Assembly (NCBI GenBank): GCA_048772705.1
Contig: JBLWGC010000230.1
Location: 868,001-932,000, forward strand
Reading direction: 5' to 3'
DNA: 64,000 nt
From: Leidyana gryllorum EB-2025a
Lineage: Eukaryota > Protista > Apicomplexa
The notes below the pieces were generated by a model. It was not told the origin of the DNA and searched no databases. It was given only the letters and a program-made list of their open reading frames with translations. This document shows positions 43,806 to 57,223 of this stretch, piece by piece; positions within the stretch are counted from its first letter, which is position 1, and every line of letters begins with the position of its first letter. Both the position numbers and the translations under genes were made by a program.

Positions 43806-43843
43806 TCAGTCAGTCAGTCAGTCAGTCAATCAGGTAGTCAGTC
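43806..43843. repeat. (CAGT)n microsatellite
   Basis: TCAGTCAGTCAGTCAGTCAGTCA... run. Confidence 0.85.
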
Positions 43844-44914
43844 ACTCGCAATTCGCACGAAGTTCTTTCAATCTGTTGGACGCCAGGAGTCACGGTCCCT
43901 CACCAGTCATTCCGTGACAAATCATGGTACAAAGCAGACAGTTGTCAGCGAGAAAGAGGAGGATACGAGTGGAGAATAGAAGCCAAAAAGGAAGCCAGTC
44001 CGGACAAGATCATCACAGCGAGTAGGAGCTCCGATCGGTCGTCATGGGCGGTCGAGAAGTGGAGCGCATAGCAATCATGAGGTAGGTCTACAATCCAAGT
44101 AGTCAATCTTACTCACCAACGGGACCGCTTGTGTCATCCGTAGATCTAATGGGTAAACGAAAGCTCGACAAAGGCGACAATGGCGAATGCGTACGTACCC
44201 CAAGATTGCGAAGTGCTGGTTAAAGTCGGATATGGTGCATAGACGACGAGTGGTCTGCTCTGTCAACGATTGATTATTCAATATCAGATTTAGGCGAATT
44301 CTGGCCATCATCATCATCAACTGTGATATGATGCTGAAACGACTTTGGTGAAAGTTCTTTGAGGTGGAGTGGAGGCCCAACCACTGTGGTGGCATGCGCG
44401 GCTTCCTGCGCATCGCATATTTGGACGTCTTTCTGATCGCCGTTTTCATCCACTCCGATTGCCACCCGTGATCAACCGTCACCCGGTTCATCGATCAAGA
44501 TACCCTACCTAGCTGTGAGAAAAGCTCCGAAAAAAAAACAAAGGCAAAACCCAATGGCTGAGACCCTCGATGCCTTCGAGCGCCTCACCGAGGCTGTCAA
44601 GCAACGAAACAATGTTCAGGTGAGTGACTTGGTACCAAGGCGACTTGTCCCTTTGTCTGACTGTCTGGCTGTCTGTCTGTCTGTGGTGTGGTGAAAGCGA
44701 TATTTGAGACGGCATATATATGAGGAGGGGCCAAGATGAGATGGGTATTGACCGACCATCGGCTGGCAGCCGAATTGGAGCACCATAGCTACCACGCGAG
44801 CAAGCAGCCGCCGCCAAAGAGACTGCGTACTACCGGATCGATTGAACCCATCTATCTCATTATTCCTAAATGCACTCAAATTGTATTTATTCGGTTGGGG
44901 AACGCGCGAAGAAA

Positions 44915-45003
44915 GAGCGAGCGAGCGAGCGAGCGAACGAACAAACGAGCGAGCGAGCAAATGAGGAGCGAGGGAGCGAGAACGAACGAAAGAGAAAGAG
45001 AGA
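44915..45003. repeat. (GAGC)n/(GAAC)n/(GA)n purine-rich compound microsatellite
   Basis: GAGCGAGCGAGCGAGCGAGCGAACGAAC...GAGAAAGAGAGAG. Confidence 0.8.
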
Positions 45004-45523
45004 GTGGTGATTGAATGGGTGGTGGAATGATCACGATGGGTCTGGATGATGAATGATTGATTAATGAATGGAAAGAAGAAGGAGAAATGCAGAGTTTAAC
45101 TCTTTGAGGGGGAAGAACCACCCATCATGATCGATCGATTGATTGTTGCCTCGCTTTCGACTGACTTCTTCGTCTCCGTGGTTTCATTGTTGCCGCCCTC
45201 CACAAATGTTTTGCCGAGGGCGGCCAGCTCGTGTGTGCTGCTGTTCTTTCTCTTCCATGCGGGACCTTCCTTTCTTCTACTTGGATCTCACTTTTGGTTG
45301 AACAGTCGCAGGTGGTCGCGAGCGAAACACACGCCGCCGTGGCGAAGCAAGGATGGGTTCCCTACTTGAATGCATTGGAGGGCGAGACGAAGAGGTGAGT
45401 GAGAGTGAGAGCGCGCTCTATATGTAGTATATATATTATATGAGGGGTTGTGTGTCATTGAACTTTGCTTGGCAGTCTCAAGGAGAAGCATGGCGTTTTT
45501 TAGTCATGCTAGAACAACAGCGT

Positions 45524-47621
45524 TCATCTTTCATCCGCTTTGTATGCGGCGGCCGGATCAGTCGGAGCGAAGGTGTAGTCCTGCTGGGCAGAAGATTCAT
45601 TGATGAGAGAAGGAGGACCGCCGCCGCCCCGTGCTTGCTTGTCTGTGGCTGCAGCCAGATTAGTAGTGGTAGTGGTGTTGTTAGTGGTTGTGGAGGGGGG
45701 AGGAGGAGCTGCGGTCGCTGTCATCATATTCCGACAAAGCTCTCCAACAACCGATACCGCAACAGGACTCCGGCCGTCCGCACTGTCGTGCAAATCGTTC
45801 ATCGGTGTACCCGTGATCACTTGATTTGGCAACCACTCCGCGGGGAAGCCATGACTACTCCGAGCCGTCACGTCACTGCCCGCAGTCGGAGGTTCTCCTT
45901 CCTTTTTAACAAACTCCGGATTGGTGCTCGGACTCGGCGGTGGAACGAAGGGCGTTCCGGAAGATGAATATTGCTCCAGCGAATAATTGTTATTCGAACC
46001 CGCATAATACACATTTGCACTCGACCCGTCATTGGTGTGCCGTCGCTTCAACGCATTGCCGAACTCGAATTCATCCTCCAAAAGATGATTATACGATACC
46101 TTCTCCGCTTGACGTTTCTTGATCTTCGGGCCCTGAGGGCTCCCCCCCGCGCTCGATATCAACGCGTCGAACGTCCTGCAGGTCACAATTGATCAGAGAA
46201 GAAGAGAGACGCTCAACCACAAAGTCGTCTTTGTTCCACTTACGGGCCTAGAGTACCCTTTGGGTCGGGAGGCGGTTCTCCCTCGAGCCCTAACCCAAGG
46301 AGGAGACCTCGCTGTGTATCCGAGAGGTGGCTGAGGAAGTCTTTTTTATACCGAATTATAGTGCGCCGTTGCTTCCACTCATTCTTATAGCGCACCCACC
46401 ATAAGTCGTGGTCGCGATTCTGGAAGAAAAGGGGTTTCCAACAAAATTGAAAGAAGCGATCACTCACCTTCTGGGCCTCACAGCGCTTCACCATCGTGCC
46501 GTAACACCACTGCAACTTGAAGTTGGCATTGCATCGCTCGCCGCCCTTCTTGGTTTGACAGAAGAGGTCCAGCAACGGCAACACATGGCGCGAGTTGCAT
46601 TTAAGCACATATTTGTGTAGTCGGCGAGCATTCGAGACACCCAACAGCGCGTTGAACTCGTATAAATACAATACCGAATTGCACAACGGGCACAGTGGGA
46701 TGTCGAAGTGGTGATTCGATTCCAGGTCCTCGAAATGACTGCGGTAGTTCGAAAAGAGAAAGAGACGGGAATTGCTTACCGTTCACAGATGTAGCGTATT
46801 TTGAGCTCGCCTATGTGCCGATGAGGGCGCCAGGCCGAGGTCCCCAGGCCTTCTTGACGGCAACGTGGGCAGAACTCAATGGGAGATCCCATCACGCAAA
46901 TCCGTTCGCGTGGGCCTGCCAGGAACGCGACCGCTTTCTGTGAGCATAGCGCACTGTCAGTACTAGAATATATGCTCTGCGCCGACGGATTTTGCGCATT
47001 GTATATTTGAGCGAAGTGGGAGGAGGGGGACCCTTCGGGGGAAGTGAGTCGGCCGGCGCCGGAAGGCATATAGGCGACGGATGGGGAGTCAGAGGAGCCA
47101 GCCAATGTGTCTCCTGCAATCTGAGAGTAGTACTCCTGCTGATTTTGCGGTTGAAACCTTGGGCTGCCACTGTAAGATATGTAGGAAGCGGCCTGGTCCG
47201 ACTGGTCATTTTGTGGATTCGATTCAACGGGGGGGGGGCCTTGATTAGTGAAGTCATCTTGGACAGGGGGGGAGCCAATGTGATGAGATGAGGGCTCGCT
47301 CACAACGCGAGGCGCATTGGGGAAGGGCGAAGAGTTATATCGGGCTTCACTCGGCGCAGTTAAAGACCGGCCTGATTCATCAACGTATGCGTAATGGGAG
47401 GAAGACACTACAAAGTCATCAGTAATCATTATGGGATCGCAGTCGTCAGACAACGCGACTACTGACTGACGCATTGCGTCGGAGCTTTGGACGCGCTGCG
47501 TGGCAATCAGTGCTGCTGCTGCTGGCGCAAAGTGTGATTGCTTACTGCTGCTCGGCGGGTGGGGAGAATCGGGATCCGTGCTGGTGGCGTCTGGTGAGGG
47601 TTCGCCCTTAGAGGGCGACAT
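45524..47621 (-). CDS. Uncharacterised protein with central Cys/His (putative Zn-binding) domain between disordered arms, multi-exon
   Basis: Spliced CPRC..ICER|HFEDL..CPLC..KCNSRH..RC, followed by basic WWVRYKNEWKQRR; Ser/Pro-rich N- and C-termini. Confidence 0.6.
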
Positions 47622-48135
47622 GAGAGTCGGCCCCGCGGGGCAATGGCGGACGAAGGCGATGGTGGTCTGTCCCAGTCTAATGGGAGCACGTCCCAGCTTC
47701 CCAGAGGCTTGGGACAAAATTTCGGTTTCTAATAGCTATCAGCTGAGGGTGTGTGGGTACTAAGAAACGGTCCAGTTAGGTACAATTCACTCAGACGGAT
47801 GGAGAGGAACCACAGGCCGAGATTTGCCGGCTCAACCAGCTGTCGCTGTGTATCACAGTTCTTCTGGGGCAGGGTGTTTTTTAGGCGAGCCTGCCAGTGT
47901 TCTTAGCCTCGATTCGGGTCACAGGGGAAGTCGCTGGGAATTTGACACTTGACCTTCTCTCCTCGCCCAAGGGATACCTGTGTTTGGTTTTCTGAGACGA
48001 CCCGGCGCCGACTCCGTGGCCCCTTCTCCAATATGTAGATTGTTACAAGACAACACAAGCCGAAAAAATAAATTAGGGTACCTGACACTCCTCACTTTGC
48101 CCGTCTTTTTCGCACGGTAGGAAAGGCTTCAAACA

Positions 48136-48522
48136 ATGGCGCGTAGGACTAAGAAGGTAACATTTTTCAACTCGATGCCCTCCACATAGTCCGTAGGTTG
48201 GCATTTCCGGAAAGTACGGTGTCCGTTATGGCGCCTCTCTCCGTAAGATGGCCCGCAAGTTCGAGGTCGCTTCCCACGCTCGCTATGTTTGCGTCTTCTG
48301 CGGCAAGAACGCCGTGAAACGCGATGCTGTCGGCATCTGGCATTGCCGAGGCTGCAACAAGACCCTCGCTGGTGGCGCCTGGACCCTCAGGTAAATCTAA
48401 TACCTCACTTCTCATTCTAAACCGCTTCCTCTTTCAGCACTACCGCTGCTGCGACCGCCCGCTCCACCTTGGCTAGGCTCCGTAAGGCTATGGAGACTGA
48501 GACCACCACCACCACTGCGTGA
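48136..48522 (+). CDS. RPL37A: 60S ribosomal protein L37a (eL43), three exons (absent from the ORF track)
   Basis: MARRTKK|[41 protein letters not shown]|STTAAA..RLRK. Confidence 0.97.
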
Positions 48523-48958
48523 TTTCTCCTTCTATATGTGCGGAAACTAACTGACTCACAATCCAACAACCTTTCCTACGCGGCCTTTGCTCCTCAGCAC
48601 GTAATTATCAGTGAAGTAGTTCACAGTCTTATTTGTTCGCTGACAAAGCACTATTCATTCGTTCATATCATACAGTGCGCATCAGGGGGTCACACGACTG
48701 ACTATCTAAATCTTCCGGTGCTTTATCTGAACTCCGTTCTTATCGTACAAGGTCTCATAATGATCTTCCTGCTCGGAAAGATCCTTTGTCTTCTGACTGA
48801 AACCCTCGGCTATCACCTTCCGAACCACCGCAAAGTGAGCTTCGACCAAATCAGGGCAAATTGGGGTTTCACCCATTTCCGTCAAAATAAAAACCAAATG
48901 CAACTTTTCGCACGTGTTCGATCATCGAACACGTCTTTTGCCACTTATTCGTCAAAAT

Positions 48959-51957
48959 ATGTCTGGCCGGCAGTTCCCCTCGGAAAAGCGCCGCTTGCCC
49001 CTTTGCCGCATTGATAACGACTGTTTGGGGCACTTTCTGCACTTTTGTGACACCCACCACCTGGCACGATTTGGCACAGTCGGTGATGATTTCCGCAGAT
49101 TGATCAGCCGTCAACACTTCACCTCCATCTCTTTGTCACCGGAATTGCTACTTCCAGAGCACTTGACACTCATTAGGTCCATAACGTTGAATTCAGTGCC
49201 TGTTCTGCGTCGGTTTACGTTCACAAACTCGTGGCCGACTCCTCGACCTCTGAGAAGTCTCGCTCTCAGCGATCTGAAATACATTCTAGCGACAGCTGGC
49301 CCAGATGTTGAAAGCCTCACGTACTCTGGACCTGTGACCCTCGAGACCTGCTTAGGATTCGGCTGCATTGACCCCACTGTGCAATTAAAACCCTGGAAAG
49401 CTCTGAGTCAGCTTTGCATAGCTATTCCCATTGATGACATAGACTGCTGTGCTCAAAAGCGCATGCCATGCCACTCCGGATGTTGGGAGAGCACTATACG
49501 ATACTGGCGGATTCGGCATGAACTGGAACCACTGTTACAGCAACGGTGTATGGAATTGACCACCGAGGTATTACATGGCGTTCTGCGTTTCCGCGCAGGA
49601 CGGCGAACGCGTTCGTATGGACTTCCCTCATTGATCCAAGGATTAGGAGTTCGAGTCACATGATTGCATACGACCAGACAGACATGTGTGTTTGACGAAT
49701 GCATCCACAGTTATCGAGACAACACTGCCTTCAAGGTAAGGTGCTCACTCGCTAGCCATTGACGGAGTCCAACCTCTCAGAGCTCTGTCGGGAGGAGAAG
49801 CTCGATGCCAAGGCGCTCCACCAGCTGAAAGATGCTTTCACCTCTGCGAACACGTTCTTTCGACAGCAGTCGGCTCCGTCGAGTGTGGTCCCGTTTGATC
49901 TGGCGGAGGGGCTCGAAGAGGGAGAAGAGGTTGACGAACATCCACCAGACACTACTACACAACAGCGATTACGGAGTCTCGAAATTGATATTAGCATGGG
50001 TAAGTTGGATGCTGCACGAACACGATCGAAAAATCCTGATTGTTCCACAGAGCTTGCGTCTGACGCGATCCGAGGTGCAGCGAATCCAGCCATGAAAGTC
50101 ACGCCGGTGTCCGACCGAGCTGGTAACTGTTGCCGAGACTCCTCTGACAACGGAGAGACCGGTGATTCACCGATGCGGCCTCGTGTACCTTTGCAAGGGC
50201 CTCCACCAGAGATCACAAACGCTCAGATCACTAAGCGACATCGCTCAGACCTCGAGTTTCCATGTGTCGGAGAGTCCCCACCTGACGCGGTAGCATCCCA
50301 CTCACCCGAGAAGAACATGGCTGATATGCTTCTGCAGCAGAGGTGTCTGAGTACTATCCGCCCTCCGATGAATCTAGTCAAGAGGAGGCGGGTGAATCTC
50401 CATCCGTCGTTGGCAGTGGGGCGTCGAATTGCTGCGCCTCGAATAACTCGATCGAGCGAGAAAGAAGCGGCCTCACACGAAGAGGTGAAAAGTATGCAAG
50501 ACGAAGCAGCAATGGCCGGTCCGGAGAGGGACGACGGAACCAACAGCAAAGAGGAGGGTGCGGTGGACAGCATCAGCAGTTGCTTGACGAAGGGAGCAGA
50601 AGCAGAAGTTGCAACGGCGGCTGACGAAGGAGTCTTGGATACAGTGGTGGAGATACAGGGTCAAATTGCTCGAATGTCAGAGCTGGCAATATTTGAACAT
50701 GAATGGGGTCACTTGATTCAGAATAAGAGGAAATTGTCAGAGATTTATAGCTCAGCTCGATCGCTTTTGGTAAGCGCTTTGGTGCAGATAAGATCAAAGC
50801 GGGCAGGATTGGGAGCGAAAGGCTGGGCTCCTTGTAGCGATAAATCGTAAGCGGAATTGTGAAGCGAACACGAGAAAAGCCGTATGGTCATGTGATGATT
50901 ATGCAGGAAGGACAGCGCAATTGTTGGTGTTGAGTGAAAGCGGTTATCTAGACGCTGCGCTCACCAAAGGAGCGCATCCTAAAGTCCGATTGGTGGCATC
51001 AGGCAAAGCCGATGTCATTACCCGAGTTTCCACAACAGTATTAGGTGATGCGTATCGCTTTTCTTTCGCAGTAAGTTTGATGCGAGATCATGGGTGGGTA
51101 GGTGGTTTGATGTGCCATGTGAGGGCGGATTACAAATTTCCACTCAGTTTCACATAGGCGATGGGTCATTGTGTGAGTTGTGGGTCCCTGACGAGAGTGA
51201 AGAGGACCAAAGGACTTTTATGCGATTAGATTTGATGGATTGTCGCGTGGGACCGCAAGGAGGTGGCGGGTATCTAGTAACGACAGTAAGCGAGCGAATA
51301 CTGAATTGATGTGAGAGAGAGAATTGATACCGTTAGCGCATTCGGCTTCGCCTGAAAGTCGTGAATGTTGGGCGGGTGAGACTTGGTGGCTTGGGTAGTG
51401 GGCCGATGAGAGTGTACTGTCTTCCTCAACTGAATGGTGAGTGTGAGGAAGGTGCCCAGTTAGTGATCATGGGGCCCGTTTTACACTTTGGATGAGATAT
51501 TGTACACCTACGCAGAGGCGTTGTTGTTGGAGACCGCCGATGCACTAGAGGGACGTTCCCAGAACGCCGACGGTCCACATAATGAGAATGAGATGCGAAG
51601 CTTTTGGAAGGAGAAGCACGGATACGTTGTGAATAGTGCCATTTTGGATAAGGGTTACGGGGTGGTAGAATTTCGGAACGGAGGGAAACGTTTCAGTTAC
51701 CCCACCGAGTGAGTGTACTGTAATATATCGGGGGCGGTTCGTTAGTATTGTGACATTCTTCTATTGTTTGTAGATTCCTCTTCATGTATCACCCCGCTGC
51801 CGCCACGAGGACGGTTATGAAGAACACAACATCACCAAGTGGGAGAAAAGAATATTTGAGCTCTGCGTTGCTGAGACTGATAGCATCGTGTCAGCAGCTA
51901 TTGCGCAATTCTTCAGCACGAGTTCGATTGCTGACCGACGATAAAGATCAACATTAG
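48959..51957 (+). CDS. Multi-exon hypothetical protein with N-terminal F-box-like motif (may be more than one gene)
   Basis: LCRIDNDCLGHFLHFCDTHHLARFGTVGDDFRRL fits F-box spacing; successive + strand exons can be joined by GT-AG introns up to TAG 51955-51957. Confidence 0.45.
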
Positions 51958-52011
51958 CGACCTCATCAGTGGCAACTCAGAGGACTATTTTTCCTCGATT
52001 TATGCATTTTC

Positions 52012-55000
52012 TCAGATGTACCCAGACGCAATTTCCAACGCCAAAAGTAGTGGGATACTAGCAGTCGTCGGCACAGTGAGTGACTCAGACTGTACCTGAC
52101 GTAAGTAGGCGTCGACGTCGGACAGGTGGAGATCAGGAGGGACACGTTGGAAGAAACTTAGGGGGAAACCAGTCTTGGAAACCACATCGTATTGCAGTAC
52201 ACGAGAGGCAATGGCCATAAAATCCGGCTCCAGCCAAATCGTCCGACTCGTGGGCCCCGCGAACCGCTCGTCCATCCTCAAAATCCATACCCAAGCCACG
52301 CGTGCTGCCAACAATGCAATCTGAACAGCGGAAAGCAGTGATTTGGATGGGGAGGGAGAGGAAGAGGCGACTGCTGTCTCTCTCGAGAGAGACGACGGAC
52401 AACGCAGCCTCAACACAATTCAAACTCGAATACTACTTACCTCTGATTTGATGTTGGCCTTGACTCGCGGCAACACGTCTTCGGCGATTCGGGAGACCTC
52501 CCTGGACGATATGGTGCGCAGCCATTCGGATATAATGGAATTCCTCGATCGAAGACTGAATGTTTTCGACCTCTTTTGAACGGCGAGGACCGCAGCCTCA
52601 ATGGAACGAGTCGATTCTGGGATAGAAAAGAGACGACTCAAGTCAGCAGTGCTGTCTTGTTGCAACGGATCAGAGACACCGTCCGCAAACACTGATGCAG
52701 AATGGGATCCCCCGTAATGATGGCTTAGAACAGTGAGGCGTCGAGTAATTGCCACCACCAACCGTTCAGAGAGGTGAACGCTGGTGCTGACATGATACTG
52801 TTGGGATCTGGCAAGGTACTCAATCAATCCCACTAGCAGTGATCCTTCGGTGGGGTGACCCATGGGAGCTTTATCGGGTAGAATCAGTTGTGTGAGAGCT
52901 GATAATGGCAAACTCGATCGAGTCGTGACTTGAGAGCAGTCGTCGACGGACCAAACTTTGTCTATCGGAGGGAATAAACCGGTATCTTGGAGCAGTCCGA
53001 AATAAGTGAGCCACAATCCTGGGCTGAGAATGCAGTCGAGGGGGACTGTTGCGAGAGTGGACGGAGCCCTTTCAGTGTCGTGATGGCGTCTGGCATCGTC
53101 GTGTGTCTCATCTTCAGGATCGGCCTCCACCTCTCCCACAGTTATCCTATTGATGAAGTTCCAGAAAAAGGAGCTGTTGAGGACCTCCACATGACGTTCG
53201 CGGTTACACAGAGTCTCGATGTGTTTCAGGTTGACTGTCGTTGTTGCGCTCAGCAAAAGGGTGGCCAAAATCTCGGGCGTCAAACACGCGTCGGTCGGCA
53301 TCTGACACGGCCTCTTTTGGTCACTGCTGACAGCAATGTTCAGTCGTAGGGCAGAAAGTAGTGCACTGCACAACGGCTGGGTCCAGGGACACACCAGCCG
53401 GTAGTGCGAACCGTCGCCGCTGCTGAGCACCCGTGGATAGTAAGTGCTTGGGTTGCAGCTGCGGTAGGTGGAGAGCACTTCATCGCATAGTGTTCGTAAG
53501 GGTTCAAAGAATACCGAGATGAACGTCTTTGAGGGGCTGGCGGCGCTGAGTTTGGTTTGGTCGGGGGATCGGTTGTTGCTGGTGGGGCTCAGGCCAGTCG
53601 CATTGGTGTTTGCAGGAGCGTTACAATTATTTTGATTACTCGCGATTTCCCCACGGTCTTCGACGAATCGGGCCGCGTAAAAAGCTCTCAAGGCGCTGTT
53701 CAGGACGATGAGGGCTCCGACGCCGGCGTTACCTCCCTTGGTGGGAGGCTCGACGTCAGCGAGGCCGACATCACCGCCCGGAGCTACGACCCAGTCACAA
53801 TACACCCCAGCGGCATCCGCTTCCTCGGCCACTTCGTTGAGATCCAAACGCTGCAAGTTTTCCAACAATACTTGTTGAACGCGAGGTCGACTCAGCAGCG
53901 GATCCCATACGCTTTCATTGGCAACCTTACGGACACGTACGTGCGAAGTGACGTATCCGGTCATAGCGGCCGTGGTATTTCCGGACAAGAGTTGCTCGGT
54001 GAGCTCCAAGACGGTAGCGGTGTGCTCGAGGGTGGCGGCGAGGACAGTTTCGGCTCCACAGACAATGTCGAAAGTGATCAAGGAAAGCAGCACATTCTGT
54101 GCCCGCACTGTGTTTCTCGAGACGAACGAAGCGAAAGGCAGCGCGGCCTGACCACTCGCCGCCATGGACCTCAAAGAAAGGTGGACGAGAAGTCTCCATA
54201 AGCGGCAAAAGTTGACCGCGGCTTCCCGCTCAATAATTTCATGAGCTCCTTTCATCACTTGTTCGATGTGTCTGTGTAGGTTTCCGTTCAATACCAAAAG
54301 TGCGGCGGGGCAGGCCGCATCGAGGGTATCTTGGGCCAGATGCGGGATCCATTCGACAATTTCCTGGAGCGATGCGGGTAGTGCTCGACTGAGCAAGGTG
54401 GAGCGAGTCATGGAGGCGGTGCCGCCGAGGCTGCTGAGCCATTCCCCTGCAAAGAACCAGCATATTCCTGCGACTGGTATCTCTGTTCTCCCTTCGCTGG
54501 CGAACAGCACGGAGGGTGGGACCTTCAATGTGGAGCACAGTGCTCTCAACATTGTGAGCAGCCGGAGACAGACTCCTCTCCACTTGTCGCGTACAATCGC
54601 TAGTTCTGCGGTGTCAATCTCGCAGCTGTCGCCGTCCACAGTGAATATGAGCGCTAAACGAGCGATGGCTAGTGACAGCCAACTCTCAGAGTCTTCATCG
54701 TGGTCTTGCATCAGAGCTCTTCTAACTAGTTCGGCACCCAATCGGCTGTGAAGGCAGAAGCATTCCAGCAAACAGAGAGCGGAATGTGCGCTGCACGGTT
54801 CCCCAGTTGCCGCTTCTCTCGCCAGTAGTCGTAACACCAACGGGATTTGTAGCGTTGTCCCGGGGGAAGGGCCCCACAGCAACAGACTAAATAGAGGATC
54901 CGTCCTCCGGTGGTGAATTTCGGCATCCCCCAGGGGCGTCTTGCCACTCAACAGCTCGCGCGGGTGGGAGTCCGAATGGCCGTCGGGCCCATTGAGCACC

Positions 55001-56550
55001 AAGTCCTTCAGCTTCAAGCTCAAGTCTGTCTCCTCCCCCCGACCCAAGACTCGCTCGAGGTCCTCCGGCCTGAGCAGAGAGCGACGCGAAGTGAGGTAGT
55101 CCGCGTGGTGGGTGGACCAGAACAAGCCCCCTTCGGGTCCCTGGAAGGGGGAGAGGCCGTAGAACGTTTCGTCGAGGCAGCGGAGAGGACTCTCTCGTCT
55201 CGGGGCGAATAGAGCTGCCAGCGCTTTTAGTGCTTCACTTGCGACTTGCGGGTCATCCGAGCACGCACACACCAAAAGCTTCTCGTGTAGGAAGAGTGAG
55301 CCGAAGAGGTAGTCGTCGAAGCGTCGTCGGCCGAATCCGAAGCCGGAGAGGGGGCGCGGTAACTCGAAACGCTCGGTCGACTTTGGCCTATTGGTGGGCG
55401 AGGAGGTTACTCTACACCGCTCAGTGTATCGAACGAAGCGTTTCTCCGCTATTCCAACTAACATCCGAAGTCCCAGTACCTTTTGTGGCCGGAATTGTGA
55501 CGACAACAGAATCAATATTTCAGGCAGCGAGTATCCTGGAAGGTGAGGCAGCAGTCCGTGGTTCCGCAATCCCGATACATTGGCATTGTCTTCGAGAAGC
55601 TGTTCAGTTTTGGATTGGTTCACGGTCCAAGGTGCCACCATATCTCCATCGAAGTCGAACCTCAGCTCAGCCAACATCTTTTCGAAGACTTTCCCCCGTT
55701 CCTCTTCGTTGGCACTATCTATTTCACCCATCCAGTCCAACTTCTTTATGTCGCCACTGTGCAGTGGAAACGCTACTTCCGGGCCGTTCGGAGGCGCATT
55801 CGCCATCACTGTTTGTCGAAGCCCGAGAGCCGGTGCCACCATCTCGTGAACGCGCTGCACCTCATCCCTCCTCGGCGCCACTGGCGAGAGAGACGAGGCG
55901 GCGGACCCCGCAGCGGTCGTTTCCGCTGAAGGGGAGCTTCGCTGCTCGCGATTGATACCGCGTTCACGCAGGCGATGGAAGGCTTTCAGGATCGCTGGAT
56001 CGAGCCGTTCTTCCAACAGCCGGCGGGCGGCCAGAATTTGATGTGGCTGTAACGAACTTGTAGCCTCCTCGAAGTTGGGAACTTCTTGCAACTCCGCGCT
56101 TTCGTCGAGGAAGGAGCGCAAAGTGCCGTCAGGGGGCAATAAGTTCTCGAGATCCGCCGCTGAGGGCGCCGGGGACGACCACAGACGGGCCGCAGCCGGC
56201 GGAGCCGATACAACGTCCTCCTCTTCCAATGAAGTTAAGATGTCAATTCGTTGTCTCTGTATCAAAGAGTTGTAAAAATCTTCGGAAACTTGGGCGTCCT
56301 CTTCCACAATCTCTCCAAAGACGTCGGTTCCGGCGGCCTCCCATCCTCGTCGTTCGCCACCTCCCCCAGAGCCAAACTGCGAGGCAAAGAGAGACTGATT
56401 ATGATGCGCTCGATCAGTGGTCTTTTGTAAACGTGCGGCGGGACGACAAGCCTCAGCACCCCTTAATTGAGCTTCTCGACGGGCCCAAAATGCCTCAGAG
56501 CCCACATCATCGCCGTAATCATTAAAGGCAGAGGCATATGCCCGATCCAT
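52012..56550 (-). CDS. RPAP1: RNA polymerase II-associated protein 1 (RPAP1/Rba50-like)
   Basis: ILAARRLLEERLDPAIL (RPAP1_N-like); LRFDFDG and LRNHGLLPHLPGYSLPEILILLSSQFRPQKVLGLRML (RPAP1_C-like); long helical remainder; short 3' exons. Confidence 0.8.
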
Positions 56551-56563
56551 CGAATTTTTTTTA

Positions 56564-57208
56564 TCACACCTTCCTGAAGTAACTCGTACTCGTCACAGGA
56601 TTACCTCCTTCTTCCCAGTCGGCCCCAAGAAACTCCACTTTCAGTCCTATACTCTTCCACTCCAATGCAATTGGCCCCTTTCCCATACCTCCCATCTTCT
56701 TGTCTGGCTCTCCCAACCGCTCTACCAACTCCTTGATGGTATGATTCAACGGATTCAAACCACCATCAGCTGGCTGCAAATCCGGACAAAATCGATATTG
56801 CCGAACTGTCACACGTAGTCAGCCACAAATATTCCTATCCCCACCGTCTTTGAACCAATGAATGGCTTTCAGTTCAGGCAGCGGATACCCGTCGTCACCA
56901 GCAGCCCGCTCAAACCAGAAACTCAAACCCATTTGTGGAATGTCTACAAACCTCACTCGTCTTCTCCATATACACACTAATAAACGCTCACCAATGTACA
57001 TCCCGTCCTCATACGGCTTGTTCCTCAACCATTCCATCCCAGCTGCCATTTGCCGCGTCACCACTCACATTCTCACAACCCACTCACGCTTCAAAATCCC
57101 CTTCTGCAATAGATACACTCCGCATGCCGCTACAAAGGTCTGGAACTCTGGCGATTGAGGTGTGGCTGCAGGCTCAGCGTTCACCAGGTGTGTGGGCAAT
57201 GACAACAT
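56564..57208 (-). CDS. Hypothetical protein, three exons
   Basis: Three consecutive ORF fragments join in frame across two short GT-AG introns; C-terminus LGEPDKKMGG..LEWKSIGLKVEF..WEEGGNP. Confidence 0.65.
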
Positions 57209-57223
57209 TTCAGTACGGAAAAA

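Noticed and set aside
52987-56525. Plus-strand ORFs of 100-240 aa opposite RPAP1
   Set aside because: Antisense shadows in GC-rich coding DNA with no protein motifs.
56812-57067. Consecutive ORFs broken by TGA suggesting selenocysteine, readthrough or an alternative code
   Set aside because: Both TGAs fall inside short GT-AG introns whose removal restores the frame; TGA acts as a normal stop elsewhere.
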